This document shows, in pieces, positions 40,663-49,256 of a stretch of DNA of 64,000 bases. Each line of letters begins with the position of its first letter. Position 1 is the first letter of the stretch. This DNA is from Candidatus Methanomethylicia archaeon (lineage in GTDB: Archaea; Thermoproteota; Methanomethylicia; Culexarchaeales; Culexarchaeaceae). The position numbers and the translations under genes are program-made. Below the pieces are notes generated by a model. The model saw only the letters and a program-made list of their open reading frames with translations. It did not search any database and was not told the DNA's origin. The stretch lies in contig JAVYVS010000006.1 in NCBI GenBank assembly GCA_038727515.1, positions 208 to 64,207 of the forward strand, read 5' to 3'.

Positions 40663-40800
40663 TATACCATTTAAATCTTCAATTCTAGCTTCACGTATAA
40701 TTAAATTTTTAAGTCAAGCCGTCTCACTAACCTGCAAGATCCCACCAATCCAAAATTTCAATATCTCTTTTAACATTCATACGTCGATATATAAACCTTT

Positions 40801-41325
40801 TTATAAATTTTCCAATAATTTCATGGTTATCCTAGCGGTTAAACCCCAAATGAAATAGTCTTTATAAAGGTATCCTTCCACAAAATTTCCATTTATAATT
40901 TTGCCTTCAAATTTAAGTTTCTTTAATGGTATCCACATATAATCCCTAATTTCACGTGAAAGTTTAATTTGTGGTTTAACCTTTAATCCAACAACTACTG
41001 GGTAAACCTTTAATCTAGGTTCATTTAATGGGTTAAATACTCCTAGGATCCCGATAATATCTTCTCTGCAAAATTTAAATCCAATTTCTTCATAGGTTTC
41101 TCTAATGGCTGTTTCAATAACATCTACATCATAGTTTTTACATCTACCACCTGGAAAGGCTACTTGTCCAGACCATGGGTCCATAGGGTTAAAAGTTCTT
41201 TTAACATATAATGCTTCTAATTCTTCATGATTAGACAATAGTATGGATACTGCAGCTCTGTTTACATCAACTTTTAAATCTAAAGTTTTATTTATTAATT
41301 TTAAACGTAGATTTTCAAATATCAT
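40801..41325 (-). CDS. NUDIX hydrolase (CoA pyrophosphatase-like)
   Basis: Nudix box GGRCKNYDVDVIETAIRETYEEIGF. Confidence 0.85.
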   Translation of the reverse strand: MIFENLRLKLINKTLDLKVDVNRAAVSILLSNHEELEALYVKRTFNPMDPWSGQVAFPGGRCKNYDVDVIETAIRETYEEIGFKFCREDIIGILGVFNPLNEPRLKVYPVVVGLKVKPQIKLSREIRDYMWIPLKKLKFEGKIINGNFVEGYLYKDYFIWGLTARITMKLLENL

Positions 41326-41470
41326 TAAACTCCTAGATAATATGTTGTTTACATATATAATTACATTGCTTTAATGATTTAGTTTAATTGTTAATTATCA
41401 TGTCTAGGTATTTAACGATTTACTGTTTATCATATTGTTTTAAATTGTCTTCTTAACATAAATATTTACT

Positions 41471-42478
41471 GTGAAGATTGCTTTATGTAGTGATTACTTT
41501 TATCCTAAGATTGGTGGTATAACTGTTCATATTGAGAATTTGGCTAAAGCTTTAGAGAATAGGGGTCATGAAGTTTTTATAGTTACTAAAATGGCTGATT
41601 TTAATGATGAAGTTCATGGTTTAAGGGTTATTAGAGTGAAATCTCTGTTTAGAAGTTCTCAAACTCTTGATATTCCATATACAGATGAATTACTAAATAT
41701 TTTTAGATTGGAAAAGCCTGATGTTATTCATGCTCATCATGCTTTTTCACCAATATCTCTATTTTCTTTAGCCATTGGAAAGAAGCTTAAAATTAAAACT
41801 GTTTTAACAAATCATTCAATTCAATTCTTATATGATGTAGCTTATCTCTGGAAGCCTTTCTCATATTTACTATTCCCATTAACGCAATACATTAATTATG
41901 CAGATAAAATTATAGCTGTTAGTAAAGCTGCTGCAATTTTCATGTCTCATTTCACAAATAAGTATGTAGAGGTTATTCCAAATGGTGTTAATGTATGGGA
42001 CTTTGCTCCTAAAACGAAATTCTTCGATGGTAAGAGCATATTATTTGTTGGTAGATTGGTTTATAGAAAGGGGATACATAGATTATTGAATGTTATGGTG
42101 AATGTTGTTAAAGAGAATAGTGAAGCAAAATTGGTTATTGTGGGATCGGGATATTTGAGTTCAACAATAAAACTTGCAGTTAAAACCTTGAAACTTCAAG
42201 ATAACGTTATTCTTAAGGGTAAATTGGGTAAAAATGAATTGATTGAAGAATATAAGAGGGCAAACGTCTTTATTTTACCATCAGTATTTGGTGAATCCTT
42301 TGGAATAGTTTTACTTGAAGCTATGGCATCAAAAACTCCAATAGTTGCTGTAGCACAAGGTGGAGTGAAGGAAATTATAAGGAATTGGGAGACTGGTTTA
42401 CTTGTGGAGGGTGAAAATAAGGTAAAGGATTTAGCTAAAAACGTAAATCTATTGTTAATGGATAAAAAAATTATCTGA
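41471..42478 (+). CDS. Glycosyltransferase family 4 (GT-B), C-terminus displaced by a frameshift in an A7 run
   Basis: The N-terminus KIALCSDYFYPKIGGITVHIENLAKAL and ESFGIVLLEAMASKTPIVA are typical of GT4. The expected C-terminal helix (ERIAYNAFNEVQKYDWSVLVKEIERVYEEP) lies in the +1 frame at 42477..42569. Confidence 0.8.
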   Translation: MKIALCSDYFYPKIGGITVHIENLAKALENRGHEVFIVTKMADFNDEVHGLRVIRVKSLFRSSQTLDIPYTDELLNIFRLEKPDVIHAHHAFSPISLFSLAIGKKLKIKTVLTNHSIQFLYDVAYLWKPFSYLLFPLTQYINYADKIIAVSKAAAIFMSHFTNKYVEVIPNGVNVWDFAPKTKFFDGKSILFVGRLVYRKGIHRLLNVMVNVVKENSEAKLVIVGSGYLSSTIKLAVKTLKLQDNVILKGKLGKNELIEEYKRANVFILPSVFGESFGIVLLEAMASKTPIVAVAQGGVKEIIRNWETGLLVEGENKVKDLAKNVNLLLMDKKII

Positions 42479-42601
42479 GAGAATTGCTTACAATGCATTT
42501 AATGAAGTGCAGAAGTATGATTGGAGTGTACTTGTGAAGGAGATAGAAAGAGTATATGAAGAACCTTAATAATATCTCCCCTAAAATTGTAAATTAAACA
42601 A

Positions 42602-43873
42602 ATGATATTAATGTGTTTGAATAATAGATTTTTGATGTTTAAAATTGCTTTTAAAGATTCTAGTAAGTGTATGGATTGTGGTGCATGTGATCTTATTGTA
42701 GCTTGTTCTGCTGGTAGAGTTGGTAATCAAAGGGATTGTATTGGTTGTGGTGCTTGTAGTCTTGCATGTCCTTATGAAGCTATAAGTATGATTGATATGG
42801 AAAGGAAGAAATACATTTCTATTATAGTTAATGGTGAAAAATTTAGTGTTCCTGAAAAGATCACTGTTTTAAAAGCTCTTGAATTTATTGGATTTAAGAT
42901 TTCAAGTTTTCCTGGTGAAGGTGATATCTTTGCTCCTTGTGGTGTCGGTGGATGTTGGAGTTGCGCTACAATGATTAATGGTGAACTTAAACCAAGTTGT
43001 ATAACCCCCATTAAAAATGGTATGATCATTGAAACTAGACTTCCAGAAAATTATATTCCTAAAAGACTTATTCATGGCTGGATGGGTCATACTGTTGGAG
43101 GTGTTGGCACTCCATGGTGGCTTAAGGGTAGAAGATATATTGAAGCTGCAGCCTTTGCATGTGGCTGTAATCTTAGATGTCCACAATGTCAAAATTGGAC
43201 AACAACATACTGTGGTACTGAAACTCCACTTACACCTCGTGAAGCAGCATTATTAATGACTGACACTAGAAGAATTTACAATGTTGATAGAATGGCTATT
43301 TCTGGTGGTGAATGTACATTAAATAGACCTTGGCTTATCCAATACATAAAAGAATTAAAGAAACTTAATAGAGATGAAAAAGCTAGATTCCATGTAGATA
43401 CAAATACAACTATACTAACCCCAGATTACATTGACGATTTAGTTGAAGCTGGTATGACTGATATAGGACCAGACTTAAAGGGATTGAAAACTGAAACCTT
43501 CATGAAGATAACTGGGATAAACAATAAAGATCTAGCAGAAAAATATCTTAAAACATCATGGAATGCCTTTAAATACTTAATAGATAAATACTTTGGTAAA
43601 ATATTCATTGGTGTAGGAATACCATATAATAAAGACCTAATAACACTTGATGAAATTGGAAAAATAGGTGATGAAATATATAAAATATGTGGAGAAGTTC
43701 AAGTATGTGTATTAGATTATAGACCTGAATTTAGAAATAGAAGTATTTCTAGACCTAAATTCAATGAGATGATTAAAGTTTGGGAAATATTACGTGCATG
43801 CGGATTAAAAACAGTCATATGCCAAACAGAATTAGGCCATATAGGACCTGAAACAAGTAAACTAAAAATATGA
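42602..43873 (+). CDS. Radical SAM enzyme fused to N-terminal 2x[4Fe-4S] ferredoxin and a Cys-rich (2Fe-2S-like) domain
   Basis: CMDCGACDLIVAC...CIGCGACSLACP, then APCGVGGCWSCATMINGELKPSC, then the radical SAM cluster CGCNLRCPQCQNW and ISGGECT. Confidence 0.75.
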   Translation: MILMCLNNRFLMFKIAFKDSSKCMDCGACDLIVACSAGRVGNQRDCIGCGACSLACPYEAISMIDMERKKYISIIVNGEKFSVPEKITVLKALEFIGFKISSFPGEGDIFAPCGVGGCWSCATMINGELKPSCITPIKNGMIIETRLPENYIPKRLIHGWMGHTVGGVGTPWWLKGRRYIEAAAFACGCNLRCPQCQNWTTTYCGTETPLTPREAALLMTDTRRIYNVDRMAISGGECTLNRPWLIQYIKELKKLNRDEKARFHVDTNTTILTPDYIDDLVEAGMTDIGPDLKGLKTETFMKITGINNKDLAEKYLKTSWNAFKYLIDKYFGKIFIGVGIPYNKDLITLDEIGKIGDEIYKICGEVQVCVLDYRPEFRNRSISRPKFNEMIKVWEILRACGLKTVICQTELGHIGPETSKLKI

Positions 43874-44045
43874 TGTAGTTAAAGATGAAATTTATAATTT
43901 AGAATAATTTATACATAATTTTTTACATATATAAAATTATATTTTAAATAAATGTAATTTCATATTTCTCATAAATATACTTATGTAAATTTATCATAAT
44001 AATAAGTTAAAAAGATTTATATGTGCATATTCCAAAATTCATCTT

Positions 44046-45662
44046 GTGACTGAGGAAATTTTTGTAAGAAGAGCATCTGGATTAGTTAGAGAGCTTGAAT
44101 GGTATGACGTTATGATTTGGAGTATAGCTTGTCCAGCAGCATCTGGAATGACCTATTATGCAGCTAAGATGTTGGGTGATCCTTCTGCTTATGGTGGGAA
44201 TGTTGCTTTTGCCTTCTTTTTGGCTGGATTAATGTGGTTACCTTTAATAGTTGCATTTGCAATGATTTCTTCATCTTTTCCAAGAGCAAGTAGTTTGTAC
44301 GTTTTTGTGTCTAGAACAATTCATCCAGTTCTCGGTTATATACCATTCTGGTACTGGATAATAGGTGGCGGTGCTGCCATGGTCTCAGGATTCATACTCT
44401 TCATAGGTGTTAAAGCACTTGCAGGTGCTTGGGCTATTGCAGGCATTCTAAGTGGAAGTAAATGGTTAATGGATATTGCATATGTAGTTACTGATCCATG
44501 GCATCAGTTTGGAATCGCTATAATACTTACCATAATTCTTTGGGCTCTAAATTACTTTGGAATTAGAGTGCTTAAGTGGACTCTTAGGATAATCACATGT
44601 ATACCTTTAGCAATAACCATAGCAGTACTTGTAGGTTTAGCCATTGTAGGTCCTAATGCAGCATTTACTAATTGGGATAAGATATATGGTGTTGGGACAT
44701 CTGCTAATATAATTAAGGCAGCATTCGAGGGGGGTGAATGGTTCGGTACTAGTGTTGAACCATTGAGTGCTGTTTCATTCTGGGAAGGTACTTATGCAAT
44801 GCTACTTTGGACTCTTTGGGCTTGGACTGGTTTTGAATCTGTAACTTTTGTTGGTAGTGAGGTGAAGAGTCCAACTAAGAGTTACATAAGGGGGTATATA
44901 GGTGCATTCATAACTATAATGGCTTTATACTTAGCCAATGGATTTCTAATACCCCTTGTTGGTAATTATGATTTCATAGCTGCATACTCTTACTTAAAGA
45001 TGAATTACCCAGATGTTTTATCAGAGATAGTTCATGGATTACCTGTAGCAGATGCTTCCGTACCTCTAGTAGCTTCTGCAGCCTTCTTCAATCCCATTAT
45101 TGCAGTACTTATAGGCATAGCTTACTTCCTATGGTATTTCAATACTGCTATGGTTTGCTGGATAGGTGGTGTTAGAGGATTCTTCTCATTATCCTTTGAT
45201 AGAGCATTACCAGAGAAATTAGCTGAAGTATCACCAAAATGGGCAGCTCCAACCTGGGCTAATCACTTAACATTCATTCTAGCAATTTTAGGAGTATTCT
45301 TTACTCTAGGTGATTCTTTAGGTTCAGAATTAGCTTCTGGTATTGTAGCATTCATGGATTTCAGTTGTTTAATTTTTGTTTGGCCAGTTGGATTAGCGTT
45401 AATGCTCTTACCTTGGTGGAAACCAGAACTATTTAAAGCAATGATTATACCATCAAAAATTGCATCTTTAATAATTGGTGCATTAGTATTTGCTATTGGA
45501 TGGTATTTCATGATCTTCACAGCTTATACGGACATACCAGTACTATTAACGAACATTATAGTTGGAACAGTAGGTGTATTAATTCTGGCTTTCATGATGG
45601 CAAAGAATAGAGCAAGAGGGATACCAGTGGAGAAGATATACTCTGAAATACCTCCCGCATAG
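44046..45662 (+). CDS. APC superfamily amino acid/polyamine permease
   Basis: 538 aa with about 12-14 TM helices. The N-terminal motif RRASGLVRELEWYDV is typical of archaeal APC transporters. Confidence 0.75.
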   Translation: MTEEIFVRRASGLVRELEWYDVMIWSIACPAASGMTYYAAKMLGDPSAYGGNVAFAFFLAGLMWLPLIVAFAMISSSFPRASSLYVFVSRTIHPVLGYIPFWYWIIGGGAAMVSGFILFIGVKALAGAWAIAGILSGSKWLMDIAYVVTDPWHQFGIAIILTIILWALNYFGIRVLKWTLRIITCIPLAITIAVLVGLAIVGPNAAFTNWDKIYGVGTSANIIKAAFEGGEWFGTSVEPLSAVSFWEGTYAMLLWTLWAWTGFESVTFVGSEVKSPTKSYIRGYIGAFITIMALYLANGFLIPLVGNYDFIAAYSYLKMNYPDVLSEIVHGLPVADASVPLVASAAFFNPIIAVLIGIAYFLWYFNTAMVCWIGGVRGFFSLSFDRALPEKLAEVSPKWAAPTWANHLTFILAILGVFFTLGDSLGSELASGIVAFMDFSCLIFVWPVGLALMLLPWWKPELFKAMIIPSKIASLIIGALVFAIGWYFMIFTAYTDIPVLLTNIIVGTVGVLILAFMMAKNRARGIPVEKIYSEIPPA

Positions 45663-45674
45663 AGGAGCTCTTTA

Positions 45675-46628
45675 ATGACCACCAAAATATTTTTTTCTGT
45701 TGATGTTCATGGTTCAACTTTAGTTTGGAGAAAATGGATAAAGGCTCATGAAATCCATAAACCAGATGTTCTAATATTAGCTGGAGATTTAACTGGTAAA
45801 GTTCTAGTACCAATAGTTGAACAATCAGATGGTACTTATTCTGCAAAATATTTTGGTAAGAAGTGGACTTTAAAAAAGGAGGATGAAATTAAAGAATTTG
45901 AAAGTAGATTGGAGAATTCCGGCGTTTACTTCATAAGAATTACTAAAAATGAGTTGGAAGAATTAAAGAATGATCCAGAGAAAGTGAAACAAGTAATCTT
46001 CAATGAAATGAGAAAACGTTTGAAGAATTGGTTAGATATTCTAATTTCCCATGTAGATACGAAAAAAGTTTTAACTGTAGTTATGCCGGGTAACGATAAT
46101 GAATTGATTATTGACGATATTATTAAGGAGTATGAGGATAGAGGAGTTATATATCCTTTAGATAAAATTTTTGAGATAGCTGGTTACGAAGTCATCTCCT
46201 CCCCATATGTTAATCCAACACCTTGGAATACACCTAGAGAACTATCAGAGGGGCCTCTTGAAAAACACTTAGAAAAACTTATAAGTAAATTAAAAGCACC
46301 TGAAAAATCAATTTTCAATTTTCACTGTCCTCCTTATGGAACTCACCTGGACTTAGCACCAAAATTAACGAAGGATTTAAAACCAATAATAATCGCTGGT
46401 TTAGTTGAATATGAACATGTAGGTAGCAAATCCATTAAGAAAATTATTGAAAAATACAAACCTATCTTAGGCTTACATGGACATATACATGAATCAGGAG
46501 GATTTGATTACATAGGTAAAACATTGATCTTAAATCCTGGAAGTGAATATAGTGAAGGTGTTTTAAAAGCATATATAATTGAACTAGATAAAGATGGTGT
46601 TAAGAACTTTTGGCGCTTAGAAGGTTAA
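45675..46628 (+). CDS. Metallophosphoesterase (calcineurin-like)
   Basis: SVDVHG, LAGDLTGK, GNDN and LHGHIHES motifs. Confidence 0.75.
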   Translation: MTTKIFFSVDVHGSTLVWRKWIKAHEIHKPDVLILAGDLTGKVLVPIVEQSDGTYSAKYFGKKWTLKKEDEIKEFESRLENSGVYFIRITKNELEELKNDPEKVKQVIFNEMRKRLKNWLDILISHVDTKKVLTVVMPGNDNELIIDDIIKEYEDRGVIYPLDKIFEIAGYEVISSPYVNPTPWNTPRELSEGPLEKHLEKLISKLKAPEKSIFNFHCPPYGTHLDLAPKLTKDLKPIIIAGLVEYEHVGSKSIKKIIEKYKPILGLHGHIHESGGFDYIGKTLILNPGSEYSEGVLKAYIIELDKDGVKNFWRLEG

Positions 46629-47083
46629 TCTTGGATAAATCCGAATAGGAAATATATCCATCCACAATAAGTGATCTTAGATATCTACAATAGGATACAT
46701 GTGAAAACTATTCTAGATTTAATAATAGCATACAGTAATCTAAGACTAAGATAAATTTGAGTTTAGCCGTAATCTTCTAATGAATTTCTCTCCATTAAAA
46801 GATGTAGCGGGATGAGAAGAGGTATTATAATAAGTGCAAGCGAATTCTTCTATTAAACAAGAACAAATTAGAAACAATTTAAATTACAGAGTTTTAAATG
46901 AATTGGATACTTGGCTTAAATCCATAAATCTACTCCTATTATCACTTCTAATTAGCATATAATAAGTATTTATCTGCAAAAAATGGTATATTCTAAAATC
47001 AAATTATGGATTTTATATTCAATTTACTGCTAAAAAATGGAAATATTTATATATGTGATTACCAAAAAATTGTATTGAAGGTG

Positions 47084-47623
47084 ATGAAAATTAGCTTAAA
47101 AACCATTAAGTATAATAAGATGGGTATAAGCCCAGTAATAGCAACAGTAATAATAGTAGCAGTAACAATAACTGTTGCAGTAGCAATATCATACTGGATG
47201 GGTGGAATAGCAGGATTATACACACGATTCGAAAAAATAGAAATATCTTATGCTACCGTAGAATATGACTCTAATAATAAATATTGGGTTATAATATTGA
47301 AAGTTAAAAATACTGGTTCTGCTGATGCGAGAATAGATGATATCTTACTTAACGGCATCTCCATATTCAATGTTAAGAATAACGATGGTAAATATGCTAA
47401 TTATAATACTAGTTCTTCTAACATACCTACCATTCAACCAAGCAATAATCCCGTGAGTTCAGTATCTATACTTGTGAATAGTGGTGGTGAAATTTATATA
47501 GCAATAGCCCTTCCAGATTCCGCGAAAATGGGTAGTAGTATTGCTTCTTCTGGTTTGAGTCTTGAGATTAAATTGCATACTGCTGCCGGTAAGGATTATC
47601 CAAAGATCATAACCTTGCCATAG
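47084..47623 (+). CDS. Archaeal type IV pilin-like protein with class III signal peptide
   Basis: MKISLKTIKYNKMG / ISPVIATVIIVAVTITVAVAISYW is a classic archaeal pilin/flagellin N-terminal domain. The ATG at 47084 is preferred over the track start at 47006, with 47120 as an alternative. Confidence 0.75.
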   Translation: MKISLKTIKYNKMGISPVIATVIIVAVTITVAVAISYWMGGIAGLYTRFEKIEISYATVEYDSNNKYWVIILKVKNTGSADARIDDILLNGISIFNVKNNDGKYANYNTSSSNIPTIQPSNNPVSSVSILVNSGGEIYIAIALPDSAKMGSSIASSGLSLEIKLHTAAGKDYPKIITLP

Positions 47624-47630
47624 ATGATAT

Positions 47631-49256
47631 GTGTTTCACATAATTATCCCCCTTTCTTTTTTCGGGGGTGGTGAAGTGTTAAAGTTGAGTAAATTTAAGT
47701 TTCCTTCTGGTGTTAATAATAAGTTTTCTAGTGTTGTTATTGTTAAAGATGTTATGGTTCATCAGCTCCCTGAGGATTGTAATGTTTTGATGGATTATTG
47801 GGTTTATGAGCCGTATGCTAAGATTGTTATTGCTGAAGATGTTTCTGGCGGTTTAAAGTATTATGTTTTAGAGGATCCTTTAACTTTTGGTGAGAGGATG
47901 ATTCTTGATAAGATTTTATCTTTTATTGTTAGAGAGAGGGATCCTCCTAAGGGTGATGTGGATAGAGTTAAATTCGTTGTTTCTGAAGCTGAAGCTTTAA
48001 TGAATAAGTATAAGAGGCTTCGTCCTTCTTCTGAGGCTTCTAAGAATAAGATTTTGTATTATGTTTCTAGGGAACTTGCAGGTTTTGGTCCTATTCATCC
48101 AATTATGCTTGATCTCAATATTGAGGATATTTCTTGTAATGGTGTTGGTTTACCAGTTTATGTCTATCATAGGGTTTTTGAGAGTCTTCCTACGAATATT
48201 GTTTTTGTTAATGAGGAGGCTCTTGATGATTTTATAATTAAGCTTGCTCATCTTTCTGGTAAGCATGTTTCTAGTGCAAATCCGGTTGTGGATGCTACTC
48301 TCCCTGGTAAGCATAGGCTTGCAGCTACTTTTATGCGTGAAGTTTCTAATTTTGGTAGTTCATTTTGTATTAGGAAGTTTAGGGAGAGACCATTTTCTAT
48401 TGTTGAGCTTATCTCTATGGGTACTGTTAATGAGTGGATTGCAGCTTATTTGTGGATGATCGTGGAGAATAAGATGAGTGTTATGATTCTTGGTGGTACT
48501 GGTGCTGGTAAAACCACTATGTTGAATGCTATTTTAAGTTTAATTAGACCTGAAGTTAAAATTGTTACTGTTGAAGAAACTGCTGAAATAAATCTTCATC
48601 ATGAGAATTGGGTTTCCTTTGTTAGTAGGGAGGAATTGGAATTTTCTGGTGTTAAAGCTAGGTCTATACGTCTATTTGATCTTGTTAAAACTTCACTTAG
48701 GTATAGACCTGATTATCTTATTGTGGGTGAAGTTAGAGGTGAAGAAGCTTATGTTCTATTTCAAGCTTTAGCTACTGGGCATGGCGGTATGTCTACTATG
48801 CATGCTGATAGTTTGGATTATGCTGTTAAAAGGCTTACTTCTCCACCGATGAATATATCTCCACTTTATATGCCTCTCATGAATGTTTGGCTTCATATTG
48901 AACGCATGAGTGATTTAAAATTTAATGGTCGTGGTAGTGTTAGGAGGGTTAAAACTATTTGGGAGATGGATTCTGATGGGAGTGATATTGTTGTTGCTGA
49001 ATGGATTCCTGAGGGATTCTTCCATACAGATTTTGGAAGTAGCCTTCTGCTTAAGAAATTGAGTCGTAAGATTGGTTTATCAATGAATATTTTGTTATCG
49101 GAATTGGAGAATAGAGCTAATTATTTGAAGAAGCTACTTGATCGTGGTATTACATCCCATAAAAGTGTTGCTGAAGCTATTAGAAACTACTATAAGTCTT
49201 ATGCTGAGAATTTTGGGATTACTAATTCTTTAACTATAAATAATGGTGTTGGTTGA
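47631..49256 (+). CDS. Type II/IV secretion ATPase (FlaI/ArlI / PilB-like assembly ATPase)
   Basis: Walker A GGTGAGKTT, Walker B YLIVGEVRGEEA, His box GHGGMSTMHA. The likely start is the GTG at 47676, preceded by the ggggtggtga SD-like sequence. Confidence 0.85.
   Translation: MFHIIIPLSFFGGGEVLKLSKFKFPSGVNNKFSSVVIVKDVMVHQLPEDCNVLMDYWVYEPYAKIVIAEDVSGGLKYYVLEDPLTFGERMILDKILSFIVRERDPPKGDVDRVKFVVSEAEALMNKYKRLRPSSEASKNKILYYVSRELAGFGPIHPIMLDLNIEDISCNGVGLPVYVYHRVFESLPTNIVFVNEEALDDFIIKLAHLSGKHVSSANPVVDATLPGKHRLAATFMREVSNFGSSFCIRKFRERPFSIVELISMGTVNEWIAAYLWMIVENKMSVMILGGTGAGKTTMLNAILSLIRPEVKIVTVEETAEINLHHENWVSFVSREELEFSGVKARSIRLFDLVKTSLRYRPDYLIVGEVRGEEAYVLFQALATGHGGMSTMHADSLDYAVKRLTSPPMNISPLYMPLMNVWLHIERMSDLKFNGRGSVRRVKTIWEMDSDGSDIVVAEWIPEGFFHTDFGSSLLLKKLSRKIGLSMNILLSELENRANYLKKLLDRGITSHKSVAEAIRNYYKSYAENFGITNSLTINNGVG

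Noticed and set aside
47006-47083. Upstream extension of the pilin ORF (MDFIFNLLLKNGNIYICDYQKIVLKV)
   Set aside because: A class III signal peptide needs a short, positively charged leader directly before the G/ISPV site. The ATG at 47084 gives that, and the extension would bury the signal.
46629-47083. Similar short motif cttggNtaaatcc at 46629 and 46911 as a regulatory repeat
   Set aside because: Only about 12 loosely matching bases in two copies. In sequence this AT-rich, that is compatible with chance.
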